Shown here: positions 39,553 through 48,513 of the stretch, in pieces
Numbering within the stretch: the stretch's first letter is position 1
Layout: every line of letters starts with the position of its first letter
Assembly (NCBI GenBank): GCA_024103355.1
Contig: JAGFIU010000029.1
Span: 5,413 to 69,412, forward strand
Source: Bacteroidota bacterium
Lineage (GTDB): Bacteria > Bacteroidota > Bacteroidia > NS11-12g > UBA955
Direction: 5' to 3'
Length of the DNA: 64,000 nt
Translations under genes and position numbers: made by a program
Notes under the pieces: generated by a model
Seen by the model: only the letters and a program-made list of their open reading frames with translations
Databases searched by the model: none
Told to the model about the DNA's origin: nothing

Positions 39553-41337
39553 TTGTTGAGGTTAGTTAATTTATATCTTCTCTTCATAACCAATCTTTTT
39601 GGAGTAAATTGTTTATTTTCTCAAGAAATCAAACTAATACTCCATACAGATGATTCAAGCATTTCATTTCAACCTATTTATATTTCAGAAGAAAGTGTTA
39701 CGCAGTTTTTGGTCCGTACAAAGGACAGTCTGAATCGGTTAGGATATTTAGAGGCGGGGGTAGATAGTATGAGAAAGCATGAGAATCTTTGGGAAATTTT
39801 TCTTCATATTGGAAATAAAATAAAAAATGCTCGACTGATTATGGATAATGAATCCATTCAAATCCTGAATAATTCCGGGATGAGAGGTTCATTTTTATCC
39901 AATACTGAGTATTCATCAGAAAGGATTCAACTTTTATTTGATAAAATCACATCCTTTTGGGAGAATAATGGATATCCATTCTCAATAACAAGGCTTAGGA
40001 TAACTGAAATTAATAGTGGTGAGATTATTGCCAAAGTGATTGTTGACAAGGGCACTGGATTTCTCTTCGATTCTATAAACATTATGGGAGATGCACGAGT
40101 TAGTGCTAAATTTCTATCAGCATTAACACAAATCAAACCTGGAAATAAATACAATGAGAATTTAGTAAAAAACATGGATAAGCTCATTCGTACATTGCCA
40201 TTTGCACGACAAATTCGTCCATCCTCCATCATATTTATTGGCAACAAAGCAAAACCAATGGTTTATTTAGAACATAAAAATAATGACTTTGTTGATGGTA
40301 TTATTGGTTTTGCACCTCCCGCCTCAGGAGGTGTTACGCCCAATCAAAAACTGTTAATCACCGGGGAAATGAGAATACGATTAGGGAATATGTTTAAGGG
40401 TGGTCAAAGTTTGGATGCCAATTTAAGATTTTTTAATGAACGTTCGCAAGAATTTATTCTTAAAACTGAGTATCCTTATATATTCGGTAGTAATATGGGC
40501 ATAGAATTGGCCGGTAAGGGAGTGAAATTTGATACTCTTTTTTCACAAATTCAAGGACGTTTAGGATTTATTTATGCATTAAGTGGAAATGACAAACTTA
40601 AATTTTTCTTTGAAACCCAGAGTACATCACTCATTTCTGTTGATACTAATCAGATTAAATCAACTCGCATGGCTCCTGAAAACCAGTCTATGTCTGTTAG
40701 AAATTACGGGATAGATGTTTTTATGAATAGATTAGATTACATTTTTAATCCAATTAAAGGGTATAAAATTGAAGGTAGTTTTCTGATAGGAACAAAAGCT
40801 ATACGCAGAGATAGCAGAATCAACTCCTTGTCCATTAAGGCTCCGGGAGGAGAATATTTTAATATTTATGATTCTATGCAACTGAATTCATTATTGTATC
40901 GTTATAGTTTGAATATTGAAAAGTATTCAAAATTGGGAAGAATGAGTACAATAAAAACTGCTCTCCGTGGAGAAGGTCTTTTTTCTCCAACAATATATTT
41001 CAACGAATTGATTCGATTTGGAGGTGTATATTCACTCAGAGGATTCAATGAACAATCACTATTTGCATCTAACTACACTATGGTGACAATAGAATATAGA
41101 TATTTGCTGAGCCAAAATGCTAATTTATTTGCATTTTGGAATGGCGCTTATTATGAGAATAAAAGTATTGTTACATCTGGTATCAAATCTGATTTTCCAT
41201 TTGGATTCGGATTTGGTGCAAATTTGGAAACCGGTGTTGGCATACTTACACTTGCTTATGCTTTGGGCAAGGAGAATAATAATCCTATTCAGTTTCGCTC
41301 AGGAAAATTTCATTTCGGACTCATTGGGCTATTTTAA
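39553..41337 (+). CDS. Omp85-family outer membrane protein (POTRA plus beta-barrel, BamA/TamA-like)
   Basis: Signal peptide. POTRA-like GYPFSITRLRITEINSGEIIAKVIVDKGTGFLFDSINIMGD. C-terminal beta-barrel ending FHFGLIGLF. Confidence 0.5.
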   Translation: MLRLVNLYLLFITNLFGVNCLFSQEIKLILHTDDSSISFQPIYISEESVTQFLVRTKDSLNRLGYLEAGVDSMRKHENLWEIFLHIGNKIKNARLIMDNESIQILNNSGMRGSFLSNTEYSSERIQLLFDKITSFWENNGYPFSITRLRITEINSGEIIAKVIVDKGTGFLFDSINIMGDARVSAKFLSALTQIKPGNKYNENLVKNMDKLIRTLPFARQIRPSSIIFIGNKAKPMVYLEHKNNDFVDGIIGFAPPASGGVTPNQKLLITGEMRIRLGNMFKGGQSLDANLRFFNERSQEFILKTEYPYIFGSNMGIELAGKGVKFDTLFSQIQGRLGFIYALSGNDKLKFFFETQSTSLISVDTNQIKSTRMAPENQSMSVRNYGIDVFMNRLDYIFNPIKGYKIEGSFLIGTKAIRRDSRINSLSIKAPGGEYFNIYDSMQLNSLLYRYSLNIEKYSKLGRMSTIKTALRGEGLFSPTIYFNELIRFGGVYSLRGFNEQSLFASNYTMVTIEYRYLLSQNANLFAFWNGAYYENKSIVTSGIKSDFPFGFGFGANLETGVGILTLAYALGKENNNPIQFRSGKFHFGLIGLF

Positions 41338-41343
41338 AATCAA

Positions 41344-42291
41344 ATGAAAATTAAACTACCCTTCTTTCTTTTTTTCTATTGTTTAAGGTTCATAAACATA
41401 CATGCACAAACGGATAGTATCCAACCTGATAGCTTAAAACAAAGAATCATTGTTACAGATTCAATTCTGGTTGAACAGAATAATATTGAACTTAATCAGA
41501 AAAAGAGCAAGAAGGCACATAAAGATTTTATTAGAAACTGGAATAGTGTTGATTCTTCCAGAATTACGAATCCTTTCAAATTTCACTCACAAGTGAATCA
41601 AGAGTCAGTAAAAGATATACAACAAATCAAAAATTTACCTTCAACAAATTATAATTACTATTTTGTTCTCTTTTTTCTTTTTATAGTCTGCGTTATCTTG
41701 TATTCCAGAATATTTCCATTTAAATTCCGAGTAGAAAACAGTGCTTTTCTAAGCAGGACTTATTTATCTGAGATACTTTCGAGTGATTACGAGTGGTTGG
41801 ATACAAACAAAATCTTCCCTTTTATCATTACTTCACTTTTTTTTTCAAGTTTTATTTTCTCACCACTTCTTAATTTCTTCTCAGCAATCCATTATTCATA
41901 TATACTTTTTGTGGTAAGTATTCTAATCTTTATCATATTATTCTCCATGCTTAGATTCTTCCAAATCGTTATTTCGCATGCGCTTGATTTCGTTGAAATC
42001 ATGTCTATTTTCTCAAGAATCTCACTCAATACAATTTATGTTCTCACATTGGTTTGTTTCCCGATCATTATTTTGATTTTATCTGTAGTCCGGATTAACG
42101 TATTTGAACAACCATCGTCAGTCATTGCAATTTTGGTGATTTTTTATTCGATAAGAACCATCAAATCTTTGGTTGCTTGTTTGAAAATAGAACAACGCCA
42201 AATAATCTATTTAATTATTTATCTTTGCACGCTAGAAATTCCAATGTTACTAATAAGCATAAAGTCCATTAGCAGCAATACCCATTTATGA
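41344..42291 (+). CDS. DUF4271-like polytopic membrane protein
   Basis: Signal peptide plus about six transmembrane segments. It is positioned immediately upstream of and overlapping hemD, as is usual for DUF4271 in Bacteroidota. Confidence 0.4.
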   Translation: MKIKLPFFLFFYCLRFINIHAQTDSIQPDSLKQRIIVTDSILVEQNNIELNQKKSKKAHKDFIRNWNSVDSSRITNPFKFHSQVNQESVKDIQQIKNLPSTNYNYYFVLFFLFIVCVILYSRIFPFKFRVENSAFLSRTYLSEILSSDYEWLDTNKIFPFIITSLFFSSFIFSPLLNFFSAIHYSYILFVVSILIFIILFSMLRFFQIVISHALDFVEIMSIFSRISLNTIYVLTLVCFPIIILILSVVRINVFEQPSSVIAILVIFYSIRTIKSLVACLKIEQRQIIYLIIYLCTLEIPMLLISIKSISSNTHL

Positions 42292-43049
42292 ACGAGAATC
42301 CATTGAAAGTAAAGACAATTTTGGTTTCACAACCAAAGCCCGAAGGTACAAAAACAATTTACGATGAACTGATTGCTAAATATAAAGTTAAGGTAGACTT
42401 TAGACCATTTATTCAAATAGACCCAGTTCCTGCAAGAGAGTTACGCAAAAAAAGTATTAATATCTTAGATCATTCAGCGGTTATCTTGACTTCAAAAAAT
42501 GGTGTAGATCATTTTTTTAGAATTTGCGAAGAGATGAGAGTTACCCTTCCTATTGAGTTCAAATATTTTTGCACCAATGAAGCTATAGCTAATTATATCC
42601 AACATTATACGATGATGAGAAAGCGGAAGGTGTTTTTCCCGAAGAAAAAGGGAGAAAATTTCTTTCTTAAACTCTTAAATACTCATAAAAAGGAGCACTT
42701 TCTTTTTGCATGCTCTGACATTAGGAAGCCCACAATACCAGAATATTTAACGAAGCAAGGTATTCAATTCACTGAAGCTATTATGTATTATACTGTTTCT
42801 GCTGATTTATCTGATTTAGAGGATGTTTTTTATGATATAATTGTATTCTTCAGCCCTGCGGACATTAAATCCTTATATGACAACTTCCCTGATTTTAAAC
42901 AGAACAATACCCGTTTAGCTGCGTTTGGACAAACAACTTTGCAAGCAATAGAAGAAGCAAGTCTAATTTGTCAGATTCCGGCACCTACGCCAGAAGCACC
43001 AAGTATTGTAAAGGCAATCGAAAATTATATCGAAGCCTTCGGCAAATAA
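42288..43049 (+). CDS. hemD: uroporphyrinogen-III synthase
   Basis: TILVSQPKPEGTKTIYDELIAKYKVKVDFRPFIQI...HSAVILTSKNGVDHFF fits the HemD two-lobed fold pattern. Confidence 0.65.
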   Translation: MNENPLKVKTILVSQPKPEGTKTIYDELIAKYKVKVDFRPFIQIDPVPARELRKKSINILDHSAVILTSKNGVDHFFRICEEMRVTLPIEFKYFCTNEAIANYIQHYTMMRKRKVFFPKKKGENFFLKLLNTHKKEHFLFACSDIRKPTIPEYLTKQGIQFTEAIMYYTVSADLSDLEDVFYDIIVFFSPADIKSLYDNFPDFKQNNTRLAAFGQTTLQAIEEASLICQIPAPTPEAPSIVKAIENYIEAFGK

Positions 43050-44251
43050 CTTTTACACCTTATTACTTCTTTGCCTCCATTGTGATTAATAAAGAAAAAG
43101 AAGTGTTCGGTATCATCCGGTAATAGTCTAAATTTCTTCTCAATTTCATTCGCTTTTATGACAAATCCCCTTGCACCAATGGATGCTTTACGAATTTTAT
43201 GTTGTTTTAAATACGATCTAAGTGATTTTTCATTAAATAAAAACGAATCTACCACTTCAAAAACCCTACCGGCAAAATCATTCGGAAAACATTCGGATGT
43301 ATAATAAGGCATATTAGCAGACAAGGATTCTAAACCTTGTGATATAGCATAAGCATTAGAACATCCTGACTTAATTATTGCTTTATCGGGCTCAAAAAAA
43401 TATTTTTTTACCCGATGTGCTTTTTGAACATTTGCCAGATGATCTCTTTCTCCTATATCAAATCCAATTTTTCTTGAGTTTCCAACGCTATCAATACAAA
43501 TACATTCAATTGGCTTAAAACTGACAGTTGAGGTTGAATGAAGCGTGCTCACTTCCTTGACCTCATTTTTATGAGAAATTATAAACAAGGTTTTTAGATA
43601 ATCAAACTTTCCAAGCAAATATTCTATATCAATCATTGGAGAATGTTTAATCCAAAGTGTTTTCGTAGTTTTTAGAATCTCACTCTCCAATAATAAAGGG
43701 TTAGGGGAAGACTTCTCAAGAGTAAAATCTCGTTTCCCCTCGGCTCTTCTATCCGGATCTAAAAGAGCCAAATCATAATATTGTTTATTATTTGCCAAAA
43801 ACCGGACTGCATCAGTCTGAAACAAACAAATTTGCTTTGCAAACGGAAATCTTGAAAAATTATAATTTGATAATTGAAACAAATATATATCCGGTTCAAC
43901 ATAATCAACCTTTGCACCCTTACCGGCAAATGCAATTGTTTCTGCACCCATACCTCCTGTTAAATCACAAACATTTAACGAATCCTGAAACATTATTAAA
44001 TTCACTTTCTCATTTGCAACGACTTCAGAAGTACTTTGTTCTATTGCTTTTTCGAGATAGAAACTGCCAAATCTAAAAAAACTTGGATGCTTTTTTCTTG
44101 CTTTTGCTCTATAAGTTATTTGTTGAGCAAGCCATGTTCTTTCCATCAATGGTATGCTACTATTTCTTAAAACAAACTCGCTAGCATTTGACTTACAAGA
44201 ACTTAGCATTATATTATATTTCTCAAGCTGTTCAATTGTAATGTTATTCAT
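43025..44251 (-). CDS. class I SAM-dependent methyltransferase (THUMP-like / RsmD-like architecture)
   Basis: Motif I DLTGGMGAETIAFAGKGAKVDYVEPD and an N-terminal accessory domain. 408 aa. Confidence 0.5.
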   Translation of the reverse strand: MNNITIEQLEKYNIMLSSCKSNASEFVLRNSSIPLMERTWLAQQITYRAKARKKHPSFFRFGSFYLEKAIEQSTSEVVANEKVNLIMFQDSLNVCDLTGGMGAETIAFAGKGAKVDYVEPDIYLFQLSNYNFSRFPFAKQICLFQTDAVRFLANNKQYYDLALLDPDRRAEGKRDFTLEKSSPNPLLLESEILKTTKTLWIKHSPMIDIEYLLGKFDYLKTLFIISHKNEVKEVSTLHSTSTVSFKPIECICIDSVGNSRKIGFDIGERDHLANVQKAHRVKKYFFEPDKAIIKSGCSNAYAISQGLESLSANMPYYTSECFPNDFAGRVFEVVDSFLFNEKSLRSYLKQHKIRKASIGARGFVIKANEIEKKFRLLPDDTEHFFFFINHNGGKEVIRCKSYLPKASI

Positions 44252-44289
44252 AAATATACTACTTTTGTACCTCTAATTTTAAGTTTTAA

Positions 44290-44424
44290 ATGAAAAAAGT
44301 ATTCACAATATTCTGTTTAATCACAACTGCAATATTAATGCTTTCTGCTTGTGCATCTCACAAAGACCATTGTCCAAGAGTGTATGAGGCAACAATGCAG
44401 AAACCAAATTTGAATCATGAATAA
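44290..44424 (+). CDS. unannotated small lipoprotein (44 aa)
   Basis: ATG at 44290 encodes MKKVFTIFCLITTAILMLSACASHKDHCPRVYEATMQKPNLNHE with a lipobox LSAC. It is below the 60-aa ORF-track cutoff and its 3' end overlaps the start of the next gene by 8 nt. Confidence 0.4.
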   Translation: MKKVFTIFCLITTAILMLSACASHKDHCPRVYEATMQKPNLNHE

Positions 44425-44755
44425 GATATTGCTTGACAAACCTGAACAGATTCAGGAATTAAAATCAAGAAAAGGCTTATCTCTTATTTTTAAACATAGC
44501 ACACGGTGTTCCATCAGTAGAATGGCGCTCAACCGTATGGAATCAGATACAGACTTTATCAACACTCATATTGACTACTATTATATAGATTTGCTAAAGC
44601 ATAGAGACTTATCAAATTCGATTGCAGAGATATTTTCAGTAGAACATCAATCACCACAGATTCTTTTATTAAAAGACGGCAATTGCATTCTTCATTCTTC
44701 TCATTCTGGAATTAAACCCTCAGAGATTGTTGAGAAGATAACATCCTTTAAATAA
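44417..44755 (+). CDS. YtxJ-like (DUF2847) thioredoxin-fold redox protein
   Basis: A single active-site Cys in HSTRCSIS, reminiscent of the T-C-P-I-S motif of YtxJ. 112 aa. Confidence 0.5.
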   Translation: MNKILLDKPEQIQELKSRKGLSLIFKHSTRCSISRMALNRMESDTDFINTHIDYYYIDLLKHRDLSNSIAEIFSVEHQSPQILLLKDGNCILHSSHSGIKPSEIVEKITSFK

Positions 44756-45455
44756 GTATTTTTCTTAATTCTGTAAGAGACTTAACTTCTAAAACCTTGG
44801 TTTTGGTTGGATTTTCAATATGAAAAGGATTAAACCAAATTGCACCCAAACCTGCATTGATAGCACCAATGATGTCTAGCTCAAAACTATCACCCACCAT
44901 GACAGCCTGGGATTTATCAAAGCCTGAACGTGTTAGTGCCAATTCAAAAATTTCTTTTTCGGGTTTTTTGTACCCGACCTCTTCTGAAATAATCACGTCT
45001 TTAAAATAGCTCTCAATCCCTGAACATTCTAATTTTCTCCTTTGTACTTCCTTAAAACCATTGGTAATGATATACAGAGAAAATCTCTTTGACAACGATT
45101 CTAATACATCTTTAGCTCCGGGTAAAAGGTTGGTACGCGTAGGACATTTATCAAGGAAATGATCCCACATTGAGTTTGGACGAAATTCCGTTGCTATCTC
45201 CATTTCATCCATTGCCAATTGAAACCTTCTTTCACGCAAAGTCTGTTTATCAATGATTCTCTGATCATATAAAATCCATAGAGCTTTGCTGTGTTTGTGA
45301 AAAGAATTAACAAAATCCAAAGGAGTAGCAATTGTTAGTTTATCAAAATTAAAGTCTCTAAATAACTCAACTAAGGTCTCATTCGCATTTTTTTCAAAAT
45401 CCCACAATGTTCTATCCAAATCAAAAAAAACCGATTTAATATTCCCGCTTTGCAT
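44748..45455 (-). CDS. HAD family hydrolase
   Basis: Motif I VFFDLDRTLWDF, motif II ITNG, and motif IV GDSFELDIIGAINAG. Confidence 0.8.
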   Translation of the reverse strand: MQSGNIKSVFFDLDRTLWDFEKNANETLVELFRDFNFDKLTIATPLDFVNSFHKHSKALWILYDQRIIDKQTLRERRFQLAMDEMEIATEFRPNSMWDHFLDKCPTRTNLLPGAKDVLESLSKRFSLYIITNGFKEVQRRKLECSGIESYFKDVIISEEVGYKKPEKEIFELALTRSGFDKSQAVMVGDSFELDIIGAINAGLGAIWFNPFHIENPTKTKVLEVKSLTELRKILI

Positions 45456-45594
45456 ATTATCTATAATAAAATAACCGCAAATCTATAGGGCAACAATAGA
45501 TAAACAAGGAGCATAAAGATAAAAGATATTTTATATTGATTAAAGATGGGAATGGCAAAGTTTTTGACTTTACTTTGCATAAACAAAATAAGAC

Positions 45595-45999
45595 ATGAAA
45601 ACATTTTTTACAGTCATTATGTGTATGCTTTCATTTATTTCGCCTGATGAACCACTACCTGCAGAAGAAAATGGAGCAATAGAAAGTATCTCAGAAGCAT
45701 TTAAAAGTGGGGATGCACAAAAACTAAGCGAGAGTTTTGGTTCAAGTGTTGAAATTATGACTCCTACTGGCGAGGGTATGTATAGCAAAGCACAAGCAAA
45801 ACAAGTAATGCAAAAATTCTTTAGTCAATATAAAGCCGTAGATAATCAAATTATACATAATGGAACTTCAAATACCGGATCTAAGTTTATTGTCTACTCC
45901 TACAAAACAGAAAAAGAAGAGTTCAGAATAACTGTTTTTCTCAAACAATTAAATACCGACTTCCAAATACAAGAAATAGAGATTAGCAAACAGTTATGA
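45595..45999 (+). CDS. DUF4783-like small secreted protein upstream of nadC
   Basis: Signal peptide. 134 aa. Its stop overlaps the nadC start. The family call is from memory of the nadC neighbourhood in Bacteroidota. Confidence 0.35.
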   Translation: MKTFFTVIMCMLSFISPDEPLPAEENGAIESISEAFKSGDAQKLSESFGSSVEIMTPTGEGMYSKAQAKQVMQKFFSQYKAVDNQIIHNGTSNTGSKFIVYSYKTEKEEFRITVFLKQLNTDFQIQEIEISKQL

Positions 46000-46862
46000 C
46001 CTCAAATATTTGGGTTGACTCAAAGATTCAACAACTAATCGATATCGGATTAGAAGAAGATATCGGTAGCACACCACACTCATCTATCTCGGCTATTCCA
46101 AAAGGAACCTTCGGTTATGCTCAAATGATTGCGAAGGAAGAAGGTATTGTTGCAGGATTACCTTTAGCCAGTGAAATTTTTAAAAAAATTAATCCATCAA
46201 TTACTATCTGTCAGTTGGTTTCTGAAGGTCAAAAAGTGAGCACAGGTTCTGTACTGATGACTTTTGAAGGGGATGCAACCGATATTCTGTCCGGAGAGCG
46301 TTTAATCCTTAATTTTATTCAAAGACTTAGCGGCATTGCGACCGTATCTAACAAATATGCTACATTGGCAAAGGCTTATGGAGTGACAATTTTAGATACT
46401 CGCAAAACCACACCGGGGATGAGATTGCTTGAAAAGTATGCTGTTAAAATCGGAGGCGCAGAAAATCATAGAATGGGATTGTTTGATATGATAATGCTAA
46501 AGGATAACCACATTGACTTTTGTGGAGGAATCACCCAAGCAATAAACAAAACCCATGAATATCTAAAACAAAACAAACTTAGTCTAAAAATAGAAGTAGA
46601 AACCCGTAATTTAGAAGAAGTAAAAGAAGCGTGTGCTATAGGGGAAATTCACAGAATAATGCTGGATAATTTTAGCCCAAAGGATATCATAGAGGCACTC
46701 AAGATTATAAACAAAAGGTTTGAAACAGAAGCTTCAGGCGGTATTACAGAACAAAACCTCACAGAATATCTTAAAACCGGAGTGGATTATATTTCTATAG
46801 GAGCACTTACCCATTCTGTTAAAAGCATGGATATCAGCCTTAAAACAATAATAAAAAAATAA
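45996..46862 (+). CDS. nadC: nicotinate-nucleotide diphosphorylase (carboxylating)
   Basis: TRKTTPGMRLLEKYAVKIGGAENHRMGLFDMIMLKDNH and GGI match the quinolinate phosphoribosyltransferase motifs. Confidence 0.9.
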   Translation: MTSNIWVDSKIQQLIDIGLEEDIGSTPHSSISAIPKGTFGYAQMIAKEEGIVAGLPLASEIFKKINPSITICQLVSEGQKVSTGSVLMTFEGDATDILSGERLILNFIQRLSGIATVSNKYATLAKAYGVTILDTRKTTPGMRLLEKYAVKIGGAENHRMGLFDMIMLKDNHIDFCGGITQAINKTHEYLKQNKLSLKIEVETRNLEEVKEACAIGEIHRIMLDNFSPKDIIEALKIINKRFETEASGGITEQNLTEYLKTGVDYISIGALTHSVKSMDISLKTIIKK

Positions 46863-46920
46863 CCTTGCATTTTTCATAAATCAAAGTACTTTTGTAGGAC
46901 TTATAAAACAATTTAGTATT

Positions 46921-47742
46921 ATGAAAAAAGTATTATTACTTATGATTCCTGCCCTTTTGATAGGTTTTGCGGGATGTAAAAAAGACAAAAAAGACGATGA
47001 TTCAAAAAACACAACACCCACAGAAACCAAGCCTGTCCAAAATGTTATGTCATTTTATTTTGGAGGAACTTGGTGTCCTCCCTGCGGTGCTTATGGCAAA
47101 CCTACAGTTCAGGCTATCAAGAAAATCAATAATAGAGTACATGTTATTTCCTGTCAGGTAAATGGTGCTGGTGGTGCCACTGACCCTTTTAACAATAATT
47201 ACACTAACCAAATTGCAGGTGTTTTTAGAGTAAGTGCAGTTCCTACTTTGTTTATGGCTGATGGTGAAGGAGGTATTAACTCATTTCAAGGAGGTCAGGG
47301 TATGCAAGATTCTGCTACAACAAAGGTTAATGAAGTACTTAGTAAGACCAACCCTGCTGTGTATGCAAAACCTAAAGTAAAATTAGACGGGAATAATATC
47401 ACTGTAACAATCGATGCCAAGTTCTATGAGGATTATAACAACGAATACAGATTTGCAGTTTATATTACAGAGAGTAGGTTACAAGCTACACAATCTTCTG
47501 ACGGTAGGACCGAAGATAAAAATATGCATGATGACGTACTTAGACTCTCATTAACATCAGATGTTGTTGGAGAAGTAGTAGCATCTTCTGTTAAGAAGGA
47601 TGAAAAAATTTCAAAAACATATACAGGAACTTTGGATGCAAGTTGGAAAAAAGAAAATCTTAAAGCAGTTGTCGTATTTTGGCGCAAGACCGATAACAAT
47701 CAAGTTACCTTTGTAAACGGAGAATCTACCCCAATTCAATAA
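46921..47742 (+). CDS. lipoprotein with thioredoxin-type WCPPC motif
   Basis: Lipobox LIGFAGC. FYFGGTWCPPCGAYGKP is a thioredoxin/TlpA-like active-site context. Confidence 0.45.
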   Translation: MKKVLLLMIPALLIGFAGCKKDKKDDDSKNTTPTETKPVQNVMSFYFGGTWCPPCGAYGKPTVQAIKKINNRVHVISCQVNGAGGATDPFNNNYTNQIAGVFRVSAVPTLFMADGEGGINSFQGGQGMQDSATTKVNEVLSKTNPAVYAKPKVKLDGNNITVTIDAKFYEDYNNEYRFAVYITESRLQATQSSDGRTEDKNMHDDVLRLSLTSDVVGEVVASSVKKDEKISKTYTGTLDASWKKENLKAVVVFWRKTDNNQVTFVNGESTPIQ

Positions 47743-47801
47743 TCACTTAACCCTTATAACAAGAGCCACTGATTGTGGCTCTTGTTATTTAAAATTATCA
47801 T

Positions 47802-48500
47802 ATGAAGAAAATATTTTTAAGCATTATTGTATTCATCAGTTCAATGTTTTATGCCTCCGCACAAGAGGTTTATAGCTCTGCAGATACAATTTGGATTACC
47901 GGTCCTAACAAAGCAAATGACAGTGATTTTTCAGATTTAGAGAAAGATTTTATTTTCAAAAATATAAATGCGGCTTCAGATTCATTCAGATGGGTTAGAT
48001 CAGTCAATAATCTTCCATCCAATGACTGGGAATCTGCTGTTTGTGATATTAACTTATGCTATCCAACCAATGTGGATAGCGCTGATTTTGAGATGAAATC
48101 AGGAGATAGCGGTATTTTCTATCCTCATTTTTATCCCGGCAAAGGAGTCGGTGAAGCTCAAATGGTTATTGATATCTTTAATATCCACAACAGAGACCAA
48201 AAAGTGACCATTGTTGTCTATGCTACTGCATGGGATGCATACAATGGTATCTCAATACTTAATCGTAATAGCGAATTTAACATAGTTCCAAATCCGACAA
48301 ATTTGGGAAATTCCTTTATTATCAAAGGTAGCAACAAAGGCTTATTAACTATAAGAAATATAGAAGGTAAAACCTTACTCAAAAAAAATATTACAACCCA
48401 AAATTCAGAAATAAACACAAATTCTCTTTCACAAGGAGTATATATTGTAGAATTGAATGATGGGCAACAAATCAAAACGCAGAAATTAATTATCAACTAA
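47802..48500 (+). CDS. T9SS C-terminal sorting domain cargo protein
   Basis: Signal peptide. The C-terminal ~70 aa NSFIIKGSNKGLLTIRNIEGKTLLKK...SQGVYIVELNDGQQIKTQKLIIN is a type-A T9SS C-terminal domain. Confidence 0.65.
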   Translation: MKKIFLSIIVFISSMFYASAQEVYSSADTIWITGPNKANDSDFSDLEKDFIFKNINAASDSFRWVRSVNNLPSNDWESAVCDINLCYPTNVDSADFEMKSGDSGIFYPHFYPGKGVGEAQMVIDIFNIHNRDQKVTIVVYATAWDAYNGISILNRNSEFNIVPNPTNLGNSFIIKGSNKGLLTIRNIEGKTLLKKNITTQNSEINTNSLSQGVYIVELNDGQQIKTQKLIIN

Positions 48501-48513
48501 AATAACCAATACC

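Noticed and set aside
46921-47742. Possibility that the WCPPC lipoprotein is a DsbA/DsbE-type periplasmic oxidoreductase of a cytochrome-maturation system
   Set aside because: There are no ccm or res genes or cytochrome genes nearby. The neighbours are T9SS surface proteins, so I kept it as a generic thioredoxin-like lipoprotein rather than naming a pathway.
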